Assembly: GCA_951406725.2 (NCBI GenBank)
Contig: OX597815.1
Coordinates: 187,736,001-187,800,000 of the forward strand
DNA: 64,000 nt
Source: Octopus vulgaris
Taxonomy: Eukaryota
Direction of reading: 5' to 3'
Position 1 is the stretch's first letter. Every line of letters starts with the position of its first letter. The notes beneath the pieces were generated by a model. It was not told the origin of the DNA. It ran no database searches and was given only the letters and a program-made list of their open reading frames with translations. Both the position numbers and the translations under genes were made by a program. This document shows, piece by piece, positions 37,660-51,047 of the stretch.

Positions 37660-38125
37660 TTTATCAGATGTGCAGTGATATATGTAAATACTCTAAAAGA
37701 AGTCTTTGAAAATGATTGGCAAAGACTGTTGTGAAATACATAGCAAACAGAGTCGTATCATTCTGCCTTACACCATCTCTGATTGTAAAAGAATCTGAGA
37801 ATTCTCCACAGATTACAGCACATGCTCTCTTATCATCATGAAAGGACTTGATATTTGTGAATTTATCAAGACAAGGAACTTTCTGAAGAATTGCCATAAT
37901 ACATCATGGTTCACTGCATCAAAGGCTTTGGTGAAATCATTGAAGCACTGATAGACGCCAAGTCTCTGCTCAGAGCCTTTCTTTTGTAGTGAGTGAATAG
38001 CATGTCATTAGCGTTCTTCGTCCAGCTCAAAAACTCAAGTAGAACCTGTGCAAGAAAGGATATCCGATGTTTAAGAACTTTATTCAGGATGATTCTGCCC
38101 AATATTTTCCCTACAATTTTTAAAG
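37660..38125 (-). pseudogene. RTE-clade LINE RT fragment
   Basis: GKILGRIILN, FNDFTKAFDAV and SDSFTIRDGVRQ across frameshifts. Confidence 0.7.
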
Positions 38126-38272
38126 AACTATCTCATGAATTAATATATATACACACATACACTTTGGAACCTCAATTTATGAATGCTTTTCATCATGAAA
38201 AAATTAGTTTATGAATGGTTTTTTGTACATAAAACATCTCAACAGTGAGAGATGAGCAGGAGAACATCAGTA

Positions 38273-38371
38273 ACAGTTACGCACTGGGTTTGATGTAATC
38301 GACTTAATCCGTTTGTCTGTCCTTGTCTGTTCCTTCTGTGTTTAGCCCCTTGTGGGTAGTAAAGAAATAGG
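38273..38371 (+). mobile_element. SINE family C, 3' fragment
   Basis: cagttacgcactggg...gccccttgtgggtagtaaagaaatagg. Confidence 0.8.
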
Positions 38372-38544
38372 AGAGCATCAGTTGATCTCTGGTTTTTGCT
38401 CAGTGTACATCCCTGCTCAAATTCATCTTACCTTCTCTTCAATTTTCTGTGTATGTATGTATGCATGCATTCATATATGTATGCGTGTATGTATGTCTAT
38501 AGGCATGTATGTATATGTGTATGCATATGCAAGTACATGCGTGT

Positions 38545-38690
38545 AGTTGAAATTTATAGGAAAACAAAAGACGAAGACAAGTGTATAAACAGCAAGCAGG
38601 TGTATTAGTTTGACGTTCGGGAAGGAGAGAAAGTATTTTATGTTTCGAGCCTATGCTCTTCAACAGAAAGGAATAAGAGAAAATATGTGT
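38545..38690 (-). mobile_element. pLTR-like module with a variant hammerhead (38636-38670)
   Basis: Minus strand cttt-CTGTTGA-a-gagc-atag-gctc-GAAA-cat-aaaa; homologous to 16512-16692. Confidence 0.6.
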
Positions 38691-38709
38691 ATATGTACGC
38701 ATATGTATG

Positions 38710-38750
<41 letters not shown>

Positions 38751-39246
38751 ATTATTATTATTATTATTATGGCTTTGGTTTTGCGAACAAAGATCAGGAA
38801 GGCTGTCCACGTCGCGTGCATGCACGCTCATGACTGACAAGTCCGATATGGGAAAGGCAGGTCCATGAGCAACGTCCACAGACGAAGGTAACATATATAT
38901 ATATATATATTTGCATATGCATATATTTATACAAATATTGGCTTATGCATATGTATATATGTGCCTGCCTATCTATCTGTTTGTCTGTCTACACACACAC
39001 ACACAGAGTATGAGCTTATTGTATACAGTATTAAGATGTACTACAACTTGTTGGAAGTGTAAAAGTAGGATAGTGCTGGTGATTTTCAGAACATGGGGAA
39101 TTTTTTTAAGAATACAATGACCCAACAGTTAACAGCTCTTGTGAGTAGTTCACTCTAGGCTTCAACAATTCTGAGTGTGAGAAAATGTTTCTGAAAACCA
39201 TGAGTTCTCCTCTACTCTTAGTTTGTATGTGTTACGATCCTTAGTA

Positions 39247-39431
39247 TGTTGGATTGTTATAACGCCCACTTCAGTATACAGTATACTTAGTAGCACCAGT
39301 AAAGACACAACTATCTCTGACCACCTACTGTGTACTCTCGTACTTCACATTCTTCCCTTTACTTACAGTGACTAGGTTATTCCATTTGTCATGTGGGAGG
39401 GGTGTACCATTATCACTAATTACCTGCAACA
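39247..39431 (-). mobile_element. Putative 3' LTR of the Gypsy element
   Basis: TGTTG...CAACA termini, directly after the polypurine tract aaaaggggaga (39432-39442). Confidence 0.65.
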
Positions 39432-40310
39432 TCTCCCCTTTTAAGTTTTTCTTAGAGAGTGTCATTTTATTTAGCAATAATTATTTTAATTCATTCCACT
39501 TACCGTTTTCGAGTTTTTTATTTTCATATAATTTAATATTTTTTGCACTTGGCATCTATTTTCAGGAACTTTGTATGTTTTCTTTTCCTCTCACTTGTAC
39601 ACCTGGGTTCAATCCTCTGCAGTGGCATTGGTACTTGGGAACATATCGTACGGCCATTCCATTGGTCTCTAACTTCTTTGGTTCACTTTCCACGAATCTC
39701 TTTTTTCAGTTGCTTCCTGTGTCTCTTTTCTATGCCTTTTCTACATTCTTTATCCAATGTATCATTTTTACCTATGCATTTGGTAAATTACACCATCTTC
39801 TCAACTCTGTTTTCCCTTCTTGTATAGATCTCATATAGATCTTTTCACTAACTTTAAAGAATCTTGCTATGTCTTCCCTTGCACTTCTCCTTTTCTTGCC
39901 AGGTAGCAATTTATCAAAGGCTGGTTTTACTTTCTTTGCAAATATTAGCTCCGCTGGTGATCTACCTGTATTTGGATTTTGTGTCACGGTACACTCTTGA
40001 AAATTGTTGTAGGGCTACCTCATCCGTGACTTCCTTATTCAATTTTCTAAGGGTTCTTTTGAAGCTATCAACAAACCATTCTGCCTGTCCATTAGATCTG
40101 GGATGATATGGAACCATAGTTTTATGTTCTACCAGGAAAATTTCACAAAATTTTAAAAATTCGCTAGACACAAATTGTGTTCCATTGTTAGACATTATCT
40201 TGTCTGGGAGACCAAATATTGCAAACAATTCGTGTAAAAAATTTATCACAATTGAGGAGGCTGGTTTTTCACACTTGCAAATTTCAGGCCATTCAAAAAA
40301 ACTATCAGCT

Positions 40311-41276
40311 CTCTTTAATCTTTTACTTGTTTCAGTCGTTTGACTGTGGCCTTGCTGGAGCACCACCTTTAGTCGAGCAAATTGACCCCTGGACTTATTC
40401 TTTGTAAGCCTAGTACTTATTCTATTGGTCGCTTTTGCCAAACCGCTAAGTTACAGGGACATAAACACACCAGCATCGGTTGTCAAGCAATGTTGGGGTT
40501 TGTCAAGCGATGTTGGGGGAACAAACACAGACACACACACACATGCACATATATATATATGAGGCAAGTGAAAATCAAATCAATCAAATCAAATCAAATC
40601 AAATCAAACCAAATCAAAATAGATGAACATCAATGGAATTTGTATCCTTGTGGTACCAGTGCCGGTGGCACATAAGAAAACCATCCGAACGTGACCGTAG
40701 CCAGTACCGCATCGACTGGCCTCCGTGCTGAGGGCACGTAACAAACACCATCCGAGTGTGGCCGTTCGCCAGCCTCGTCTGGCACCTGTGTCGGTGGCAC
40801 ATAAAAACACCATCCGAGCGTGGCCGTCTGCCAGCCTCGTCTGGCACCTGTGTCGGTGGCACATAGAAACACCATCCGAGCATGGCCGTCTGCCAGCCTC
40901 GCCTGGCACCTGTGTCGGTGGCACATAAAATCACCCACTACACTCTCGGAGTGGTTGGCATTAGGAAGGGCATCCAGCTGTAGAAACACTGCCAGATCTG
41001 ACTGGCCTGGTGCAGCCTTCGAGCTTGCCAGACCCCAGTTGAACCGTCCAACCCATGCTAGCATGGAAAGCGGACGTTAAACGATGATGATGATGACACA
41101 CACACACATATACGACAGGCTTCTTTCAGTTTCCGTCTACCAAATCCATTCACAAGGCTTTGGTCGGCCCGAGGCTATAGTAGAAGTCACTTGCCCAAGG
41201 TGCCATGCAGTGGGACTGAACCCGGAACCATGTGGTTCATAAGCAAGCTACTTACCACACAGTCACTCCTACGCCT
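40311..41276 (-). mobile_element. SINE family A in the Gypsy integrase, split by a family B copy
   Basis: 3' half 40311-40560, head 41096-41276. Confidence 0.9.
40562..41095 (+). mobile_element. SINE-like family B with (AAATC)n and five internal units
   Basis: ggcac-anchored units at ~40665, 40733, 40794, 40855 and 40917; (GAT)n tail. Confidence 0.9.
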
Positions 41277-42434
41277 ACTACCACTAAATAGTAAGGACCA
41301 TTTAAAGGACTAAAGTGAAATTGATGTGTAGTCTTGACCACGGAACATCTACTTTTGAACTATGTTTACTTTTTATTGCAGGTAAATTTTTAATTTCATT
41401 TTGGCTTACATACAGGTGTTTCACTCTGTTTTGCTACAATTTTTTTGTTTCAGTCCCTCAGCCCTCGACTGAACCAACTATATTTCCACACAAAACACTT
41501 ATGGGTGTATTCCGTACTTTGAATAGTTCCATTCACTCTGTGCCAAATAAACTGAGTGAATCTTGTAATACATATATCTTTGCCTTTTGCATTTCACCTT
41601 GAAATGTTACATTACATAAGAATTCACTGAAAAAAATATAACACCATGTGCTATCTTTTTCAATTGAATTAATTTCAGCTTACTGATATATTTCCATGTT
41701 TTTACGTTTATAATGGTAATATCACTACCAGTGTCCAACTTCGTCTTAATGCTTGTATATCTGATTTTCACCTTCACGAATATCCTCATTGTTATATTAC
41801 CAATTTTTCCCTTTTGATATGCTATTTATTCTTTTTCCTTTGCTCTGACATTTTATCATCTTCGTTCTACAGTGCATCTTTATATGTCCGATATTATCAC
41901 AATGAAAGCACTCTGCTTTCTTAAATGGACAATTTTTACTGAGGTGTATACCTCCACATGCAAAACAAGGGTTTATTTCCTGATTTTTGTTGTATTTTTT
42001 TTATAAAACACTTTATCTCTATTTGGATTATTTTACTCTTGTTTTATTTGGAAACAATCTTTCTGTTCAATTTCCTCTGTGTCATGGCTTAACTATCTTT
42101 TCACATTCTTCTCACACTTGCTGTAGGGTTATGTCCTGGTTTTGTTCCAACTTTGCAAGAATTCTAGTTCTAACTTCTGTGTCCTTTTCGGCAGTAAGTC
42201 CTTGTGTAAAACCAGGCATTTGAACATATTTGGTGTTAATTTGTCCAGCTTAAACTTCTCGCATTCCCTGTTTACACTACCACCATATGTGATGTAGTCC
42301 TCATTGTTGTTTTTCTCTAGTTTCAGACACTTCCAATGTATGTTAAACAATGAGCGTTTTTCACTGAAAATTTTGCACAACATATCTTTTGTGTCATTAA
42401 AGTTTTAAATCCCTATGGTATTGAAGATGATACT

Positions 42435-42665
42435 TATTTCTTTACTACCCACAAGTGGCTAAACACAGAAGGGACAAACAAGGACAAACAAACGGATTAA
42501 GTCAATTATATCGACCCCAATGCGTAACTGGTACTTATTTAATTGACCCCAAAAGGATGAAAGGAAAAGTCGACCTCGGCAGAATTTGAACTCAGAACAT
42601 AGCAGCAGACAAAATACCACTAAGCATTTCACCTGGCGTGCTAACGTTTCTGCCAGCTCACTGCC
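42435..42665 (-). mobile_element. SINE family C, full length
   Basis: 14-bp TSD ttgaagatgatact at 42421 and 42666. Confidence 0.92.
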
Positions 42666-42859
42666 TTGAAGATGATACTGTCTTAGAAAAAAGATTTTCC
42701 TGGTAACAACTTTTATCAATGCATACCAGCTAATTAATGACTCCCTCTCATATATTTGTACCCAAGTTTGTGTGTGTATGTATGTACACTTTAATGTGCG
42801 CGCGCACACACACACACCTTGGTTGCTTTTAATCCACTGTCAGATGAAGCATTGTCACC

Positions 42860-43125
42860 AGATGAAAGTCAAGGCTGTCAGACAATCTCTGTGACACCAT
42901 CACTCCTAACATCTGGCCACCTAACTCCCCAGACTGCAACACCCTTGATTATTATGTGTGGGGTGCAGTTGAAGGAGAGACCAAGAATACTCCTTGTGAC
43001 ACCAAAGATGAACTGAAGGCAAGGATTATGGCAAAATTTGGCCAAGGAAACCGTCCAGAAGAGTTGCAGAAAATTCCAATGTTATCTGGAGGCCGTGGTT
43101 GAAGCCAGTGGTGATTTTATTTAAT
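42860..43125 (+). pseudogene. Tc1/mariner (DD37D/maT-like) transposase C-terminal fragment
   Basis: IWPPNSPDCNTLDYYVWG...DELKARI...LEAVVEASGDFI*. Confidence 0.8.
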
Positions 43126-43249
43126 ATATTTACTCTTTAGTATTTCAAGATATTTTAATATAATTTTGGTAAATATATCTGTTAAAATGAGATTTACATA
43201 GATAATTGTCTATGTGTGTGTGTGTGTGTGTGTGTATATGTGGCAGTTT

Positions 43250-43473
43250 GCTGTGCTTGAGAAGATATGTCAAGCTAAGTGAAACTGTGACCAGTGTCGG
43301 TGGCACATAAAAGGTAACCAGTACACTTGTAAAGTGGTTGGCATTAGGAAGGGCATCCAGCCATAGAAACCATATCAAAACAGACAACTTGAGCCTGGTG
43401 CAGCCCGCCGGCTCCTATCAAATTGTCCAACCCATGCCAGCAAGGAAAGTGGACGTTAAATGACAATGATGAT
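43250..43473 (+). mobile_element. SINE-like family B (diverged)
   Basis: ggtggcacataaaa...ggcattaggaagggcatccag...tail. Confidence 0.8.
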
Positions 43474-43594
43474 TCACACACACACATGCATATATATATA
43501 TATGTATACACACACACACACATACATATAAATGTTCTTTTATTCTCTTACATGCTTCAGCCCTAAGGCTGTGTCCATGCTGGGGCACTGCCAG

Positions 43595-43635
<41 letters not shown>

Positions 43636-43637
<2 letters not shown>

Positions 43638-44008
43638 CGCAGGAGTGGCTGTGTGGTAAGTAGCTAGCTAACCAACCACACGGTTGCGGGTTCAGTCCCA
43701 CTGCGTGGCATCTTGGGCAAGTGTCTTCTGCTATAGCCCCGGGCCGACCAATGCCTTGTGAGTGGATTTGGTAGACGGAAACTGAAAGAAGCCTGTCGTA
43801 TATATGTATATATATGTATATGTGTGTGTGTTTGTGTGTCTGTGTTTGTCCCCCTAGCATTGCTTGACAACCGATGCTGGTGTGTTTACGTCCCCGTCAC
43901 TTAGCGGTTCGGCAAAAAGAGACCGATAGAATAAGTACTAAAAGGTGGTGCTCCAGCATGGCCGCAGTCAAATGACTGAAACAAGTAAAAAGTAAAAGAG
44001 TAAAAGAG
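43636..44008 (+). mobile_element. SINE family A with a ~40-bp internal deletion
   Basis: ataagtacta joined directly to aaaggtggtgctccagc. Confidence 0.9.
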
Positions 44009-44934
44009 TATATATATATATATATACACACACACACATATAAATGTTCTTTTATTCTCTGACATGCTTCAGCCCTAAGGCTGTGTCCATGCTGGGGCAC
44101 TGCCAGTATATATAATATATAATATATATATGTTCCATCATATATATGTATATAAGTATATTTTGATTGATTGTTTCTATAACGATATTCCCGCCCACTC
44201 TGTTTGTCTCTCTCTTCATATATATATATTTGTACATATATACACACATACATACTTACATATATATATATATATACACATATATGTAATACCTGAGTGA
44301 TGCAAATATATATTACATTTTAATAAACCCATATAAATATGAGAGAACCAATTAGACATATTTCTAAGTAATATATATTTTTATTACTTTATTCTGGTGG
44401 AAGATAACATTACATAGAGGAAAAAGACTCCAAGAATTAGATATTACACTGAATGAAATAAAAGTAGTGTATATTGTTGGTGCCAATTATATCTTTGTTC
44501 TCTGACTGCCATTTTTCTATCAATATAACTGGTTTCCCTGGCTCTTGTATTGAAATTCTTCACTTCTCTCCATAACTTCTCACATCATGATACATACATA
44601 CACACACATATATATATATACATAAATAATAAAAATGGACAAAAAGGAAAAAGGAATCAATATATATTCGCTGATATGTTTCTTTTCCCCCTGTCATATT
44701 ACTATTTTCTGCCGATCCATAATATAAATTTTCCCCAGACTACGAAATACAGCTCAAGTCATGGCTATGTGTCTTCATCACTACCACTGTGACTTATAGT
44801 TGCTTCTTTTTGCCATGCTTTTTTTTTTTTCTTTATCTCTTCAGCATGTCTACTGATGGTAGAAAAGAATGATTAGAGAACCTTCTCGATGTTGTTTTTT
44901 TAGTACATTTTCCGATGTATTTTTATTATCAGAA

Positions 44935-45186
44935 TTAGACATATTTACATATATATATAATTTCTGTTCATATATTACACACATAAATACACATGTGTGT
45001 GTGATGCATGGATACATGCATGCCTATACAGACAGACATACATATATATGTATATATATATATATACACACACACATAAATATATATTATATATCATCAT
45101 CTTCAAATATATATATACACATACATACGTACATACATACGTACATACATACATATATATATATATATACACACACATATATACAT

Positions 45187-45231
<45 letters not shown>

Positions 45232-45246
45232 CATGCATGCATATAT
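44935..45246. repeat. (TA)n/(CATA)n microsatellite
   Basis: Direct runs. Confidence 0.9.
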
Positions 45247-45838
45247 GGGACAGGATGTCACCAACGGTGCAAATAACATGAAATACATAAATAAACGAGG
45301 GAAAAACGAGTGAAATATGTAAGCAACAAGAAAAGAAAAATGGAAAACAGGACATGTAAACACAGAGGAAAGACCGTTCATCAGTTGTCAGCTGCCTATC
45401 TACTCTTCGTTTCGAGCATTTAACAACAATATGAGTCTTGAAAGACAGCTGCACCCATAAATTCTAAAATAAAATTTAGGATTTATGGAGGGTCAAAGAT
45501 GAGAACAAAAAAATGACAGTGGAGACATACTAGGAAACCAACACACACACATATATATACGTAAAATACATGTATATATGATCCAAATGAGAAGACATGG
45601 AAAGATTTTATCACATTTTTAATGACTAATTACAATCATTTCTGTACCAACTCTGCTTACAACACCAGTTCATGCTAAAGTTCCAAGTGAAAAATTTACA
45701 TATTTTGGTTCTAAGCATTAGAGTAACACTTCTTCAGACTTGCATCAAACATGTGTTCTTACAGTGCGTCTGTCAGGCATTGTGTTTTCCTTGTATCAGG
45801 AGAAAATAAAAAAGTGTAGGTAAAAATAAAAATATAAA

Positions 45839-46202
45839 TGTGGTAAGTAGCTTGCTTACCAACCACATGGTTCAGGGTTCAGTCCCACTGCGTTGCATCT
45901 TGGGCAAGTGTTTTCTACTATAGCCTCAGGCCAACCAAAGCCTTGTGAGTGGATTTGGTAGATGGAAACTGAAAAAAGCCCATCGTATATATGTATATAT
46001 ATGTGTGTGTGTATGTTTGTGTGTCTGTGTTTGTCTCCCTAGCATTGCTTGACAACTGATGTTGGTGTGTTTAGCAGTTCGGCAAAAGAGACTGATAGAA
46101 TAAGTACTAGGCTTACAAAGAATGAGTCCAGGGATCGATTTGCTTGACTAAAGGCGGTGCTCCAGCATGGCCACAGTCAAATGACTGAAACAAGTAAAAG
46201 AG
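45839..46202 (+). mobile_element. SINE family A
   Basis: Matches family A. Confidence 0.9.
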
Positions 46203-46444
46203 GTTGTGAAAAGATGGACAGGGCAAATACAATGTCAATCCCAAGGTAGGGAAAGCATGGTTAAACTCACACAAAGGGTTTATGATTGTGACACCTAGAT
46301 TTTCAACACCTGAAGAATAGCCTAAAGCTTGGTTGAGTGCCACATTGGAAAAACCCCATCTTTCTACCCACCAAAGACCTTATACATACATACACACACA
46401 CATACAATCATAACATACATACACACACACACAACTGACAATTG

Positions 46445-46532
46445 GACCCTGGACAGTTCCCGGCTGGCCAGCTCATGTCAAACTGTCTGACCCATGCCAG
46501 CATTGAAAATGGACGTTAAATGATGATGATGA
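46445..46532 (+). mobile_element. SINE-like family B tail fragment
   Basis: cccatgccagcattgaaaatggacgttaaatgatgatgat. Confidence 0.7.
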
Positions 46533-46545
46533 TATATATATATAT

Positions 46546-46656
46546 GTCCTGCTTGCTTAGCCAGCAGGATGGCATCATTTGAAGGCTAAAACAATGTGAA
46601 GCGCATTGTGACCAGCAATGTGTGGCGACATCTGATAGCCTGGTCGGTCACGGTGA
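46546..46656. repeat. (TA)n-flanked structured module, copy 2
   Basis: Homologous to 17866-17982. Confidence 0.8.
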
Positions 46657-48362
46657 TATATATATATATATATATACACATGTGTGTGTGTGTATATATG
46701 CACACACATACACAATTATTTTTAAGATATTAGAAAATGATGATGTCTGTTAATCATTTTGCGTGTAAATTAACTTATATTCCAATATCAAGTCGCAGGA
46801 ATTTACCTACATATTTCACTTTTTAAAAATCCCGTATGAACTGATGATAATGAAATAAATAAAAGAAAGTGCACAACTGGGTTCTTCCCTAAATTTTATG
46901 GTCTTTCTGAGAAGATAACCTTTAAATATCTACTTTTCTTCAGCGCTTATTTTGTGATATCTGATAAATTTCTTTAGAGTATGTTTCATTCTTTTCATTC
47001 TTTGTCATTCATTCAGTGTTTCAGAATTGTTTCCTCGTACATATAATGCTCATATTATTCACTGTCTCTGATTACAAAAAAGAAAAAAAAGTAAAATATA
47101 AAAAGAAAAGAAAAGAAAAGAAATAAGAAATATGCATTTAATGGCAGTTTAGACTTTGTATAGAACGACTACAAAGAAAGATTGTTAACTGATATCTCGT
47201 TCTAGAAACTAGATTTTCTCATGTAGTTCAAAGAATGTAAATTACACTTATTTTCAGATAGAATATTGATTGGGGGAAACAAAGAAACAATTGGAATACT
47301 TTATTTTGTTAAAAGATAAAATTTTTTGCCCTAATGTAACATTTTTTAAAAAATTTGCGTTATCTGAAAAATAAAGGCTTCACTTTTCAATAATTGCCCC
47401 TCAGCCACAAACTTGCTACAAATCAAACAATTTTATTTATGCAACTAGCATTCTTTATCTTAAAAAAAAAAAAAAAAAAAGGGAGGATTAACATATCTGA
47501 ATTCTAAGAGTGGGTTGAATTTTTTTTTTTTCTAAATAAATTTTCCTGTTAATTTTGATATCACATAATCTTCTCTTTGCTTAGTGTGAGATTAGATATT
47601 TTATTTGCATTGATATTAAATAATTCTGTATATCACAACTAACATCATATTATATTAATATCAATATGATTTTTATTATTGCTCATCATGATATATAATA
47701 GGAAAAAATATGAGCCCTAAGATGTAAGCAAAATGGAAGACATAATATTCTATGTTGAAAAATAAAAAATATATATGTTTGTATCTTTTTTTGTGGTTTT
47801 TGTTTTATTGATATTGTTTTTCTTCTCAGATAAAATAAACTTCCTCCATTTATAAAGAAATATTGAAAAATCTTGTTTGAATAGCAATACCCTTATTAAC
47901 TCAGTTTTATATCTCTATAGCTAACTTCAAACAAACATTTATATTATGATATTACGAAATGTTTTTTTGCCTGACAGTTTTATGTTAAAATTCCAAAGAA
48001 GAATATCTCTTTTATTCTTTGTATAAATAATCTCATTTACATTCTGTCTCCACTCCCCTATTTTTATTTTCATTGATTAAAAAACAATAAGAAGGAAAAA
48101 AGAAAGAAGAAAACCCCCCCCCGACAAAGTAGAGAACAAAGGGTTAACATTCTCAGAGATGAGCATCTTGGCAGTATGACTCATTCCTTACACAAGAAAA
48201 ATTTGATATATGAGTGTTTGCTATACATACATAACTGATTATATATATTAGCAATGAATATAATTTATATTTATATACAATTTTAGTTTTGTATTCATGA
48301 TATATTATTGGAGCGTAACAGTATAAATGGTTTGGTTGTTAGAGATAGTATCAGTGAATATG

Positions 48363-48414
<52 letters not shown>

Positions 48415-48563
48415 ATATATACACATATATATATTGGGTTATGGGAATTATGCTGCTATGCAAATGGCAGTCATGATGCATCAATACATTTTGAAATTAT
48501 GTATATTGTATAACTATATAAAGTTATTGGCAATAAAAGAAATCATTCGTTATTTTGTTGCTA

Positions 48564-48599
<36 letters not shown>

Positions 48600-49159
48600 G
48601 GAAAGTAATATGGTACTAAATGATACTAAAATACAATTCTCTGCAGTAGTAAAAGGAAAGACATAATCAAGCTTATATCATCACAATCATCCATTTCCAG
48701 TATTTATAAATATCCCCGTCTATTTCCGTGCTACTGCTATATGGCAAGTGATCTAGTTTATACCTATTGCTAACATAATATTAAGTTAACATTACACTGG
48801 AACATAAACAAATTACTCTTTGAATAGGGACGATTTTTTTTTCACATTTTTTACTCATTCTTCTTCATAAGATAATGTATATTTTATATGAATATATATT
48901 TTATTTTCCTGTCCACCGCTGCACAATTTATTTTTTTGTCTTTTTTTTTGTGAGTTGTGCTGAATCATCTTTTAAGCTTCACCCTTTAGCATCTGGTTCA
49001 TATTTTTAACAGGGAGTTTCAATGGAAAAGCAGATTATACATGAACTGTCTTCTTTCATTTATGATCTAACTAATCCTACTGGAATGATCTATCATTAAG
49101 GATGCAAGAAGAAAATGTTAAGGAAGGATTCTCATGCAGAGGATTCTGTAGTTTATATT

Positions 49160-49250
49160 CATCATTATCATCATTGTTTAATGTCTGCTTTCCATGCTGG
49201 CATGGGTTGGATGGCTTGACTGAGGACGGGCGAACTAGTTGGCTGCACCA
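49160..49250 (-). mobile_element. SINE-like family B tail fragment
   Basis: tttaatgtctgctttccatgctggcatgggttgga. Confidence 0.75.
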
Positions 49251-49654
49251 GGGAGTTTGCCAACAGTGAGTTTAAGTCTGTGTGCAAAAGGGAGACATCA
49301 TGAGATGTGTGCACAGTAAAGAATTTAAGCTGGCTTTGCAAGGCACGGAGATTCTAGACACTGAAGATTTGTGGAAACTATATTTGAAGAGAAACTAATT
49401 GAGTATGAAATAATGTACATCCTCATCTTGCAGGAAAGGTGAAGAGCAAGTGAGATAAGAAGGAAGCTGGGCATTGGTCAATGCACGCAGGATTGGTGGG
49501 GATTAACATAAAATATGTAAAAGATGATGCAGATAGGTAACCCAATATGGAAAAAGAGCTGTTTAAAGGATGCTGCTGCTGTTGTTGATGATGATGATGT
49601 TGATGTTGAGTGAAGCACTCTTCTGTAGTGAGAGAAGTCTGAAATGTGGTCCTT

Positions 49655-49951
49655 TGCTATTGGTAAGACTCGCAGAAGAGAAAGCAGATCAACCCCCGAC
49701 ACCGAGAGCATCGATGGATGGATGAATGCGCATCCAGGCTCAGCAGTTGCGTAGGAAGTCGGGGACAAGAAACAGGGAGAAAGTTGGAGCGAAAGAGTAC
49801 AACAGGGGTCGCCACCACCCCCTGCTGGAGCCTCGTGGAGCTTTAGGTCTTTTCACTCAATAAACACACACAGTGCTCGGTCTGGGAATCGAAACCGTGA
49901 TCCTCCGACCGCAAGTCCGCTGCCCTAACCATAGGACCATTGCGCCTCCAC
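49655..49951 (-). mobile_element. SINE family D variant
   Basis: Minus strand gtggaggcgcaatggtcctatggttagggcagcggact...ggtttcgattcc head matches 29457. Confidence 0.78.
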
Positions 49952-51047
49952 TGTTGTTGCTACTGATAATGATGATGCATTCATGTATTTATATCTCTGC
50001 TGTAATGTTTGATAGAATATATTTGTTTCATTTCAAAGTGCATTTAGTACATTTGAATATTGGACATTGTAGATCTATTCTATATTTATTTGAAGCATTG
50101 GTTATTCTACAGAAGACGACTGAGAAAAAATCACGGATGCTTGCAATGATAAAACATAGTAAAGTGAGTGCTAATCCACTTAATGAAAGTGATCCAGAAA
50201 AATTATTTAAAATTACTCTTATATTTTTAATAAAAAAAAAATCAATAGCTGTAAATGACTAATTCTGCTTAAAAAAAACAAGGAAGACAACCTTGAAATT
50301 TAAATTAAGATTAGTTTGATATATATGGGTTTGTTATTTGGTAGTATGGTGACAACTTCAGGCATGTTTCAAGCTTATTAGACCTCTTCAGCTAAGCATA
50401 ATTTAACTGTATTACTAGGTCTCAGAATGACTACAAGATATTATCCTTTCTTGTGTACATGACTGAGAATTTAATTCCTGTTGGATCACTTGTTCATGTA
50501 CGATTGTTTACTCTGAATTACACACACACACACATGGAAATATGTATTTCTTTATTAGTTTTGAACTAAATTTAAAGTTAAACTTGGCCCTTAATAACCT
50601 AGCATCATTGGGGTCTGTGGTTTTCCAAGTCAATGAATCTGATGGATTACCTTTGGTTAGATTAGCACATATCATTTACCCAATAGTTGACCACATCATC
50701 CTACCTTTAAAATACTCTCTAAGTCATTGGATGATGGTTGATATAGGAAAAGAGAACATTAAATGAAAAATAAGTGAAATTTTAATGAGCAAAGTAAAAT
50801 AAAACATCTAAGTAGAGTAATTCTCTTGAATTGCATAAGAAGGTTTATGATTGTTGTTTGCAAGCTGAAAAGGTAGAACTTACAACTAAGCAGAAAATCA
50901 GGAAGTGTGTGCTGCCTGTTGGGATCATGATCTTCATATTGAAAGGTGATTGAACTGGTCTTGTATCTTTTTTAGGAATTGGTGATGTTGCTGATAGTGT
51001 ATCTGTGTGAGTTGATGACAATAATTTTTTAAATATTGAACCCTCGG

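Larger units (their letters stand above)
39432..42420 (-). pseudogene. Gypsy (Mag-like) gag-pro-int remnant lacking RT/RNase H
   Basis: Gag with two CCHC knuckles (CFACGGIH...C, CFHCDNIGH...C), protease LDTGSDITII, integrase PWSRLHI, NGTQF, YHPRSNGQAE. Confidence 0.88.

Noticed and set aside
40660-40930. CRISPR-like repeat-spacer pattern (also 63150-63440 and 2915-3797)
   Set aside because: Spacers are homologous to each other, the context is eukaryotic and there are no cas genes.
44739-44875. Splice-acceptor-led mini ORFs (LRNTAQVMAMCLHHYHCDL*)
   Set aside because: Short, no homology recognised and no consistent exon chain.
45370-45455. Hammerhead candidate on minus (gctcGAAAc...CTGATGA)
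   Set aside because: Core halves are in permuted order and I could not close three consistent stems.
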